From positions 65,764 through 129,763 of the forward strand of contig CABYVV010000002.1 in NCBI GenBank assembly GCA_902522465.1: a stretch of DNA of 64,000 bases. The letters are read 5' to 3'. The notes under the pieces were generated by a model. It made no database searches, was not told where the DNA came from, and saw only the letters and a program-made list of their open reading frames with translations. The first letter of the stretch is position 1. Every line of letters begins with the position of its first letter. The stretch is from an uncultured Alphaproteobacteria bacterium (GTDB lineage Bacteria > Pseudomonadota > Alphaproteobacteria > Methylaequorales > Methylaequoraceae). Positions 24,443 to 31,788 of the stretch are shown piece by piece. Made by a program: the position numbers and the translations under genes.

Positions 24443-26110
24443 ATGACCTCCGTAAACAACAGACCTGAAATTCTTACTAAGTTAGGTGTCGGATCAGGTC
24501 TTGATACCACCGCACTTATTGAAGCCTTAGTAAATGCTGAAACTGAAGGTGTTAAAGAAACACTAGACAATAAAGAAATTGAGTATAAGGCTCAGATTTC
24601 AGCCTTTTCTCAAATCAAAAATAATTTGAAGACTTTTAATGATAATTTAGAGATTATACAAAGTAATAACGCCCTAGGATATGCAGGATCAACTTCTGAC
24701 AAAACTATTGCAACTTTTACTGTAAATGGAAATCAAGCCTCCCAAGCAGTAAACTCTTCTTTAACTGTAACCTCTCTGGCAACTGCACATACGCTCACAG
24801 GACCGTCTTTGCCTTCGGCAAGTTCAACTGTTGGAGCAAGACAAATTAGTATTTCCTTTGGTACATGGTCTGCAGATCCAACTCAAGGAGGAGGGCAGAG
24901 TCATACCTCCAATGGAATGTCTACAATTACTGTAAATCCATCCTCTACTACTACGTTGATGCAATTAAGGGATATGATAAACAGTGCCGCTTCAGATTCA
25001 AATAGCGATGGTGAGCAAGATGTAACTGCGACAATTTTGTATGATGGTTCAAATTATATGTTATCACTTAAAAGTCAATTCGGAGCAGCTAATGAAATGA
25101 AAATTACCGACAATCATGCATCTTCACCTGTATATGCTTATGATACTTCTGATGGAGCGCAATTAACACAAAGAGTGGCAGGAACAAATGCCGCTTTTAC
25201 AGTTGATGGGATAAGTATGACAAGAACATCAAATAGTATTGATGATTTATTTGCAGGAATGACTTTAGATTTATTGGCAACATCGGATTCGGCTGTAACT
25301 ATTAAAAGTGAAGTTGATCTGGCTTCTGCGAGAAGTGCAATTACTGATTTTGTAACAACTTATAATGATGTAATGAAATCGTTACAAAGCTATAGAGAAT
25401 CTGATCCAACTGATGACGAGAGAAATGGCTTGCTTGCAGGTGATTCATTATTGAGAAGTATTATGAACGAAATGAGAAATAGTAGTGGAACAGCAATTAA
25501 TGGATATGAGGGTGGTCCTTACTATCTATCCAATATGGGTGTAAAGACCATGAGAGACGGAACTTTAAGTTTTGCAGATCCTGCTATGCTAGAAAGACAA
25601 TTTAAAAATAATGCAGAATCTTTGAGAAGTTTTTTTAAAGACCAGATTGTAAGTGATAATACTGATATAATTCCAAAAAGGTACAGCGTAGCAGACACTA
25701 AACCAGGTTCTTATGCAGTATCAGTTAGTTCAGGAACTGCTACAATTGGTGGCGTTTCAACAACTCAATCAGGTTCATTATATACTGTTGCATCAGGAGA
25801 TCCTAATGGAATAGCACTAGAGATCAATTCAAGTAATACGACAGGCACTGTTCATTATGGAAGAAGTTTTATAACTTTATTGCAAGACAAACTTGATACT
25901 TTCTTAAAATTTAATGGTTTAATTTCCAGTAAAGTGGACGGTGCTAACAAACGTTTATCTGCGTTAGCTGAAAAACAATCAAATCTTGAAGATAGAATTG
26001 CATCATTGTATAGTAGGTATGAAACACAATACTCTGCGATGGAAAGCACTATTGCAGGACTAAATGAAACTTCTAGTTTGCTTGAAAACGCTTTTAAAAG
26101 AAACGATTAA
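24443..26110 (+). CDS. fliD: Flagellar filament cap protein FliD
   Basis: 555 aa. 'LGVGSGLDTTALIEALVNAE', 'FTVDGISMTRTSNSIDDLFAGMTLDL' and the C-terminal coiled coil 'RIASLYSRYETQYSAMESTIAGLN' are FliD hallmarks. Confidence 0.92.
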   Translation: MTSVNNRPEILTKLGVGSGLDTTALIEALVNAETEGVKETLDNKEIEYKAQISAFSQIKNNLKTFNDNLEIIQSNNALGYAGSTSDKTIATFTVNGNQASQAVNSSLTVTSLATAHTLTGPSLPSASSTVGARQISISFGTWSADPTQGGGQSHTSNGMSTITVNPSSTTTLMQLRDMINSAASDSNSDGEQDVTATILYDGSNYMLSLKSQFGAANEMKITDNHASSPVYAYDTSDGAQLTQRVAGTNAAFTVDGISMTRTSNSIDDLFAGMTLDLLATSDSAVTIKSEVDLASARSAITDFVTTYNDVMKSLQSYRESDPTDDERNGLLAGDSLLRSIMNEMRNSSGTAINGYEGGPYYLSNMGVKTMRDGTLSFADPAMLERQFKNNAESLRSFFKDQIVSDNTDIIPKRYSVADTKPGSYAVSVSSGTATIGGVSTTQSGSLYTVASGDPNGIALEINSSNTTGTVHYGRSFITLLQDKLDTFLKFNGLISSKVDGANKRLSALAEKQSNLEDRIASLYSRYETQYSAMESTIAGLNETSSLLENAFKRND

Positions 26111-26113
26111 AAA

Positions 26114-26141
26114 CTAAATTATTCTAAAATTTTGTCGTTAT
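26114..26141 (+). promoter_or_regulatory. Sigma28(FliA)-like promoter candidate upstream of fliS paralog 1
   Basis: CTAAA-N15-GTCGTTAT lies 29 nt upstream of the ATG, with SD 'aggag' in between. Compare the enterobacterial TAAA-N15-GCCGATAA. Confidence 0.5.
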
Positions 26142-26170
26142 GCTCTATATAACTTTTTATAGGAGCAGTA

Positions 26171-26566
26171 ATGTCAAATGGAGAAAATACAGATAGCATC
26201 TTTTTAATTGATAACAAAGAAGCTACTGTTAATGCAATTAATAACATCAAGAATATAATAAAAATCACACTTGGTCAGATTGAACAGTTAAAATCAGATA
26301 AAGCTCATAGTGCCGAATTTACTAAATTGTGTGAAAATACAATTAAAAATTTATTCATGTTAATAGATACAATTGACAAGGAGAAAAACTCGTCATTATC
26401 GAAAGATCTTGACTATCTATACAAACATTGTCTTTTTTCTGTAATAAGAGTAAGAGATCATAAAGATTTTGATTTTCTCGACGGTTGTATCCAAATTTTA
26501 GGTGAAATAACTGAAGGTTGGGATAGAGTAGGTTCAGCTGTTGAGAAAGCCCCTGCTTTTGGTTAA
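26171..26566 (+). CDS. fliS: FliS-like flagellin export chaperone, paralog 1
   Basis: 131 aa. 'IKNLFMLIDTIDKEKNSSLSKDLDYLYKHCLFSVIRVRDHKDFDFLDGCIQILGEITEGWDRV' follows the FliS helix 3-4 pattern (L..LD.e.g.el..nL..LY.Y....L..a......l.e....l..l.eaW). It is positioned after fliD. Confidence 0.75.
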   Translation: MSNGENTDSIFLIDNKEATVNAINNIKNIIKITLGQIEQLKSDKAHSAEFTKLCENTIKNLFMLIDTIDKEKNSSLSKDLDYLYKHCLFSVIRVRDHKDFDFLDGCIQILGEITEGWDRVGSAVEKAPAFG

Positions 26567-26572
26567 CTTTTT

Positions 26573-27337
26573 ATGTCCCTAGCATTATACCCAGCTATTA
26601 AACTTGGAGATAACCAAGAAAAGATTAAAAGATCAATATCTAGGCTGACCACTGGATTAAATATTTTAGCGGGTGCAACATCTGGTGAATTTGCTGAAGG
26701 AATTTCTTTACATGCAGAGGGAAAATCAAATCAAAAAGTGATTTCAACTACAAATGTTGGCCTTGATTTGTTAAAGACGGCTGAATCAGCTCTTATAGAG
26801 TTGGCTGCACTTGCTACTCGTTTAAGAGAAATTGGTATAGCAGACACAGTCTCTTCAAATAGCGCATCAGATACCGCAGCGCTGAATGCAGAGGCTATCG
26901 CTGTAAGCGACAGTATTGATGATATTGTATCTACAGCAAAGTTTCATAATTTAGCGCTTTTATCAACTGGTGCGAGAACACTGGCTACAGTCAAAGACGG
27001 AGGTGGAAATACAACTACAATTAAAACTACAGCAGGTATAACAGCCACTAACATAACAGATGCAACCAACTCTAATACTACAGCAGACACTGCAATTGGT
27101 GAAATTGAAACATCATTAGGTCATGTTGCCGGTCATATAAATTCTTTGGGTGCATATCAGAACACAGCTAATGCATTAGCTTCGATTGAATTAGAGTCTG
27201 CAGCAAAATTAATGGATACTAATTTTGCGCTCGAAACAGCAAAATTAATGAAAAAAAACCTAATCCAAAAATATGCCACCTCAATGGTAGCAAAAGCCAA
27301 TGAAATTGAAGAAAATAAAAAATTATTAATTCTCTAA
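26573..27337 (+). CDS. Short, highly divergent flagellin-like protein (class C)
   Basis: 254 aa. 'ISRLTTGLNILAGATSGEFAEGISL', 'LLKTAESALIELAALATRLREIG', 'LGAYQNTANAL' and 'MDTNFALETAKLMKKNLIQKYATSMVAKAN' align with flagellin N and C helices. It starts 6 nt after fliS paralog 1. Confidence 0.7.
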   Translation: MSLALYPAIKLGDNQEKIKRSISRLTTGLNILAGATSGEFAEGISLHAEGKSNQKVISTTNVGLDLLKTAESALIELAALATRLREIGIADTVSSNSASDTAALNAEAIAVSDSIDDIVSTAKFHNLALLSTGARTLATVKDGGGNTTTIKTTAGITATNITDATNSNTTADTAIGEIETSLGHVAGHINSLGAYQNTANALASIELESAAKLMDTNFALETAKLMKKNLIQKYATSMVAKANEIEENKKLLIL

Positions 27338-27360
27338 ACTTTTATTTTTTAGGTCGTTTA
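27334..27360 (+). promoter_or_regulatory. Sigma28(FliA)-like promoter candidate upstream of fliS paralog 2
   Basis: CTAAA-N14-GTCGTTTA lies 16 nt upstream of the ATG at 27377, with SD 'aaggag' following. Confidence 0.45.
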
Positions 27361-27376
27361 CATTAATAAAGGAGTT

Positions 27377-27778
27377 ATGGAAATGAAAAATAAACAAACA
27401 GAACACAAAGAAAGTAAACAAAATCCAAACAATGTGCCAAGCGCACAAGAACAATATAATATAATTCTTAAACTTTATAAAGGTTTGCATGATAACCTTG
27501 AAGAATTGTATAAGAAATCTAAGGATAAAAATTCTTCAACAAAAACTAGTCAATTAGCCTATAAAGTTGACAGAATAGCATCAGGACTTCATCTCACCCT
27601 TAATTTTGAAGATGAAAAGACTGTAAAGATTAGTGAGAATTTCAGAGAATTATATAGACATGTAAGATTTGCTATGAAAATGATTTATGAAAAACAAGAG
27701 TATAAATTTTTGAATTCTGCGCGAGATGTTGCTAGGACTCTTTATCAATCCTGGGCAAAAATAAAACCAACTATTTAA
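27377..27778 (+). CDS. FliS-like flagellin export chaperone, paralog 2
   Basis: 133 aa. 'QEQYNIILKLYKGLHDNLEEL', 'IASGLHLTLNFEDEKTVKISENFRELYRHVRFAMKMIYEKQEYKFLNSARDVARTLYQSWAKI' shows the FliS four-helix pattern. It directly follows the class C flagellin. Confidence 0.7.
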   Translation: MEMKNKQTEHKESKQNPNNVPSAQEQYNIILKLYKGLHDNLEELYKKSKDKNSSTKTSQLAYKVDRIASGLHLTLNFEDEKTVKISENFRELYRHVRFAMKMIYEKQEYKFLNSARDVARTLYQSWAKIKPTI

Positions 27779-27817
27779 CATTTGTTATTTTTTCTTAATG
27801 CCATAGAATAAAATTTA

Positions 27818-29524
27818 ATGGTAGTAAGAATTGTTTCAGTGATTCTGACTGGACTAGTGGTAGGCTCATCAGTAGCAGTGCTAGTCCAAGTCTTTCTTTT
27901 TCTGGTAAACTATCTGTCAAATTTATTAAGGACAGACTACACGGAACTGCTTAATCAACATCACTTTAGTGTAAATGAATTAGTAATAAAAATAATCTTT
28001 TTCTTTTTAATTGTTCCATTTTTAGTTGGTCTTGTTGTTGGTATAATAAGAAATTTTAATAAGGGAAAAAGGTGGCACGGTCCGCCAGACGTCATTCTCT
28101 CAGTTCATAAAGATGATGAAGAGTTAAATGTTAAATCAGGTTTTTTGACATCTATTGCTTCTATTTTATCTATTTCATGTGGAAGCTCTGTGGGTCAATA
28201 TGGTCCCTTGGTGCACTTTGGAGGTACTATTGGTGCTGAGATAAAAAAATTGTTTTCCTATGCACCTGACTACAAAATTTTAGTTAGTTCAGGAGTTGCT
28301 GCAGCAATTTCTGCAGGTTTTGGTGCACCTCTAGCGGGATTAATTTATGCTCGAGAAGTAGTCCTCAGGCATCAATCTCTCGCAAGTTTTTCTCCAATTT
28401 TATTATCATCTATAATATCGTATTTTTTTACTGTTGAAGTCTTTAATTATGAACCCACTTTTGATATTCCATTAGTAACGGGAAACAGCCCAATAAACAT
28501 AATTTTCATAATAATTGGTGGGATCTTTGCAGGACTTATGGCGAGTCTTTATTCGTATCTTTTGACAAATAAAAATTTTAATTTTATGAATAACCTTGGT
28601 TCCAGACCCTATCTTACGCCTGCTTATGCCGGCCTGATTTGTGGAATCATAGCAATTAAGTTCCCAGAAGTAACAGGTATTGGTTCTGAAACAATTAACG
28701 ATTTATTAAATAATAGAGTTGAATTAACTTCAGCTATGATTTTCTTATTCTTAAAGTTATTTTTGACAACTGTTTGTATTCGAATGGGCTTAGTGGGTGG
28801 TATATTTGCTCCAGCTTTATTTTTAGGAGCTAGTTTGGGAGTAATTACAGCAGGTCTTGCATCAATTATTTCAACAGATATCAATCCTTTTTTACTGATT
28901 TTATCGTCTATGTCCGCGCTTGGAAGTTGTATTATTGGCGGACCAATAGCTAATGTTTTGATTATTTTCGAGCTAACATCAAATTACCAAGCTGCTTTGT
29001 CAGCAGGTATCTGTATAGTCGTTGCAACAATTGTTTCATCGCAACTGATAGGACAATCTACATTTGATCAACTTTTAAACAATAGAAATATAGATATAAC
29101 TGTAGGAAGAGACATATTATTTCTTCAAAGAAAAAAGATAAAAGATATTGTAGATAAAAACTTTCTCAGGCTAGGTGGTGAACTTTCAGTAAAAGAAGCG
29201 ATTGAAAAATTTAAAGAACTTGAATGTAGTGAGGGATATTATGTAGGACTTAATGATAAACTCTTGGGAAAGATTTCACTTCCCAAATTATTGTCTTGCA
29301 AATTAGATTCAAAAATAAGAGATGTGAAAAAAACAAAGTTCCTTAAAATAAATGATGAAGAAGATCTGTCAAATACAATTGAAAAATGTAAAGATTTTGT
29401 TGGAGAATCAATCCCTGTGGTAGACAATAAAGGAAAGATAGTAGGAATATTTAGTGAAAATGATCTTTTTGTTAGTTATTTAGAAGCTGAAGAATTTAGG
29501 GCTGACATTGAAACTAAATCGTGA
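27818..29524 (+). CDS. ClC-family anion channel/transporter homolog with a C-terminal CBS pair; non-canonical selectivity-filter residues
   Basis: 568 aa. 'GSSVGQYGPLVHFGGTIG' aligns to the GxEGP motif. 'GGIFAPALFLGA' is the GxFxP motif. 'ELTSNYQ' carries the conserved central Tyr. The C-terminal ~140 aa is CBS-like. The GSGIP position reads 'WHGPPDV'. Confidence 0.85.
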   Translation: MVVRIVSVILTGLVVGSSVAVLVQVFLFLVNYLSNLLRTDYTELLNQHHFSVNELVIKIIFFFLIVPFLVGLVVGIIRNFNKGKRWHGPPDVILSVHKDDEELNVKSGFLTSIASILSISCGSSVGQYGPLVHFGGTIGAEIKKLFSYAPDYKILVSSGVAAAISAGFGAPLAGLIYAREVVLRHQSLASFSPILLSSIISYFFTVEVFNYEPTFDIPLVTGNSPINIIFIIIGGIFAGLMASLYSYLLTNKNFNFMNNLGSRPYLTPAYAGLICGIIAIKFPEVTGIGSETINDLLNNRVELTSAMIFLFLKLFLTTVCIRMGLVGGIFAPALFLGASLGVITAGLASIISTDINPFLLILSSMSALGSCIIGGPIANVLIIFELTSNYQAALSAGICIVVATIVSSQLIGQSTFDQLLNNRNIDITVGRDILFLQRKKIKDIVDKNFLRLGGELSVKEAIEKFKELECSEGYYVGLNDKLLGKISLPKLLSCKLDSKIRDVKKTKFLKINDEEDLSNTIEKCKDFVGESIPVVDNKGKIVGIFSENDLFVSYLEAEEFRADIETKS

Positions 29525-29861
29525 AATCAATACTATTTCTCTGTTGTTTTGATGTGGTTTTTAGTGAAGATATCATCAAATATTTTGTAGCACTTTCACT
29601 ATGAAAATAAATAGGGCTAAAAAGTTCTCTAGCCTTAAAGAATGCCTCAGTGCTAATCCCAATGCTAGGTGCTAACTTTGGACTATATATTTTTCTTTTA
29701 AATAACTCTGAATTTTCCCTATCATAGGAACTCAGATTATGATTATCATCGACTTCTCTAATAATATTCCTATTTACGATCGGATGTGGCACACCTTTTG
29801 CTACATTATCTACAAACTGGTTGGAAACAGGATCCACGTAGTTATAATTAGGATTAATCAT
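29514..29861 (-). CDS. Hypothetical protein (orphan) in the flagellar locus
   Basis: 115-aa ORF that fills the whole ClC-to-fliS3 gap and overlaps the ClC stop by 11 nt. I recognise no motif. It carries a sigma54 promoter motif on its antisense strand, so its coding status is uncertain. Confidence 0.4.
   Translation of the reverse strand: MINPNYNYVDPVSNQFVDNVAKGVPHPIVNRNIIREVDDNHNLSSYDRENSELFKRKIYSPKLAPSIGISTEAFFKARELFSPIYFHSESATKYLMISSLKTTSKQQRNSIDFTI
29787..29802 (+). promoter_or_regulatory. Sigma54 (-24/-12) promoter of the fliS paralog 3 operon
   Basis: TGGCACaccttTTGCT is a full consensus match with 10-nt GG-GC spacing. It lies 76 nt upstream of the ATG at 29878. Confidence 0.65.
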
Positions 29862-29877
29862 TTTGAAATAATAACCT

Positions 29878-30264
29878 ATGAAATTAAGTCAAGCAAAGAA
29901 ATATTATAAAAAAAGTCAAAATGATGGATTAGATCATGTTAATCCATATGAAATTTTTAAGAAAATTAACTATGAATTACTTCGAGCTTTAAAAATAGTT
30001 TCGGAAAAAATTGAAGAAAAAAAAATTGATGAAGTTAGACAAAAAAACTTCACAAAAGCACTAACAATAATTTATACGCTTCAAACAAGCCTTGATTTTG
30101 ATAAGGAATTAAACCTTTCATCTGATTTATTCAGATTCTACGAATTTTGTAGAAAAAAACTAATAGAGGGTATAACAGGTATGAAAAGTAAAGAAATTAT
30201 TAAATCTGCCGTTAATTTAGATAAAATGTTTAATTTTAATTATATGACAAAGATGGAGTCTTAA
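29878..30264 (+). CDS. FliS-like flagellin export chaperone, paralog 3
   Basis: 128 aa. 'AKKYYKKSQNDGLDHVNPYEIFKKINYELLRAL' and 'FTKALTIIYTLQTSLDFDKELNLSSDLFRFYEFCRKKLIEG' closely follow the FliS consensus (a..Y....v...sP.eL...ly......l..a ... kA..Ii.eL..sLd.e.g.el...L..lY.y....L). Confidence 0.75.
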   Translation: MKLSQAKKYYKKSQNDGLDHVNPYEIFKKINYELLRALKIVSEKIEEKKIDEVRQKNFTKALTIIYTLQTSLDFDKELNLSSDLFRFYEFCRKKLIEGITGMKSKEIIKSAVNLDKMFNFNYMTKMES

Positions 30265-30597
30265 ATGTTATCCGATAAATTTATCCAAGATGATTTTACT
30301 GACAACGAAAACTTATCAAAGCAAATAACTCGGCTTGAAGAATTAAGTATTTCAATGACTAAATTGATTGAAAATGGAAACCCACATAAAATAAGTCATT
30401 TGGAGAAAATAAGACAAAAAATCCTCAAGGATATCATTAAAAATAAAAAACCAATAACGAAAAACCTTCAACCAAAAGTTTCAAATATAATAAATTTGAA
30501 TAATAATATGATTGAAGAAGTTAAAAAAGCTAAGACAAAAACCCTTGGAGAAATAAAAAAGAAAATAAGCTTTTACAAATCATATAGTAATTCCTAA
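30265..30597 (+). CDS. Hypothetical helical/coiled-coil protein, possibly a FliT-like chaperone
   Basis: 110-aa Lys/Glu-rich ORF, translationally coupled to fliS paralog 3 (taaATG). The FliT-like assignment rests on position only. No diagnostic motif is present. Confidence 0.4.
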   Translation: MLSDKFIQDDFTDNENLSKQITRLEELSISMTKLIENGNPHKISHLEKIRQKILKDIIKNKKPITKNLQPKVSNIINLNNNMIEEVKKAKTKTLGEIKKKISFYKSYSNS

Positions 30598-30649
30598 AAA
30601 TTTATATTCTTTTCCATTCAAATACATAAGACCTTATGTTTTGAAAATT

Positions 30650-30683
30650 GAGAGCAAAAAAAAGTTGCTTTCTTTTAATTTTT
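30650..30683 (+). terminator. Rho-independent terminator closing the flagellar locus
   Basis: The stem GAGAGCAA (30650-30657), loop aaaaaag and stem TTGCTTTC (30665-30672, one G-U pair) are followed by TTTTAATTTTT. Confidence 0.6.
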
Positions 30684-30860
30684 AAAAATAAATAAAGACT
30701 TATGATTAAATTCTTTAATTAAAAATTTTATTTGTTTAGTGAGGATAAAAGTATTTAATTTGAATAAAATATGAAAATTATTAAACAAAAAGAGAGTCGT
30801 AGTATTGAAATAAAAAAAATGCTAAGAGATTAGGAAGTCATTTCAAAACTTTTTGTAAAA

Positions 30861-31754
30861 ATGGATAGGTTTAGTTTAATATTTTTCATTTTTTTTTTTT
30901 TAATCTTAAGTTTTTCATTTCCTGATTTTTTTAAAGACCAAACATACTTCATACCTTATCTATTAGGTTTTGTAATGTTTGGAATGGGGACAACCCTAAA
31001 AATAGATGAGATTAAATTCATTCTTAAAAACCCCGAATGGGCTTTAATTACAACTTTTTTACAATTTTCTATAATGCCTACCCTGGCCTTATTAATTTGT
31101 CATTTTTTTGAATTTTCAAAAGAAATTACACTTGGCTTTATAATTTTAGGTGCTTGTCCTGGTGGTACAGCCTCAAATGTAATAGCATATATTTGTAAAG
31201 CAAATTTATCATTATCAATTTTCTGCACTTTTGCTTCAACTATATTGGCAGTTTTTTTTACACCTATGATTATTTACTTGTTTGCCGATGAAAATATTAA
31301 TATTGATATTTTTAGTTTAATAAAGTCGACTTTTTTTATAGTTTTCATACCAGTATTTGCAGGAGTAATTATTAAGCTAAGTCTTAAAAATAGAAAATTG
31401 AGTTTACTGAAATTTTTCCCTTTATTTTCTGAGATTATTATTGCTTTAATAATTGCAATTATATTCTCAATAAATTTCGATAATTTAAGTAATGTATCAT
31501 TATTAATTGTTATTGGTGTAATATTTCACAATTTATTTGGCCTTTTTATAGGTCTTATGACTGCAAACTTATTGAAGTTCCCAGAAGATGTAAAAAAAAC
31601 TGTTGCAATAGAGGTTGCGATGCAGAACTCTGGGTTGGGAATGACGTTAGCGCTAATTCACTTTACAAAAATAGTCGCACTTCCGTCTGCACTTTTCAGT
31701 CTGTGGCATAATATTTCTGCATCAATCCTTGTTTATTTCTGGAAAAAAAAATAA
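30861..31754 (+). CDS. Bile acid:Na+ symporter (BASS/SBF) family transporter
   Basis: 297-aa polytopic ORF. 'LGACPGGTASNVIAY' and 'VAIEVAMQNSGLGMTLA' are BASS family signatures. Confidence 0.85.
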   Translation: MDRFSLIFFIFFFLILSFSFPDFFKDQTYFIPYLLGFVMFGMGTTLKIDEIKFILKNPEWALITTFLQFSIMPTLALLICHFFEFSKEITLGFIILGACPGGTASNVIAYICKANLSLSIFCTFASTILAVFFTPMIIYLFADENINIDIFSLIKSTFFIVFIPVFAGVIIKLSLKNRKLSLLKFFPLFSEIIIALIIAIIFSINFDNLSNVSLLIVIGVIFHNLFGLFIGLMTANLLKFPEDVKKTVAIEVAMQNSGLGMTLALIHFTKIVALPSALFSLWHNISASILVYFWKKK

Positions 31755-31788
31755 ATTAATTAATAAATGTTTAAAAAAGGAATAACAA

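Noticed and set aside
30769-30831. A 20-aa ORF (MKIIKQKESRSIEIKKMLRD) in the 263-bp gap before the BASS transporter gene.
   Set aside because: It is too short, has no SD, and is Lys-rich as expected from AT-rich noise. No structure suggesting an ncRNA or leader peptide mechanism is visible.
10693-30860. The flagellar locus as a horizontally acquired genomic island or mobile element.
   Set aside because: No integrase, transposase, tRNA or flanking direct repeats are visible. The flanking genes are ordinary housekeeping genes. Apart from the Ala/Gly-rich structural genes, the composition looks native. This cannot be excluded without comparative genomics.
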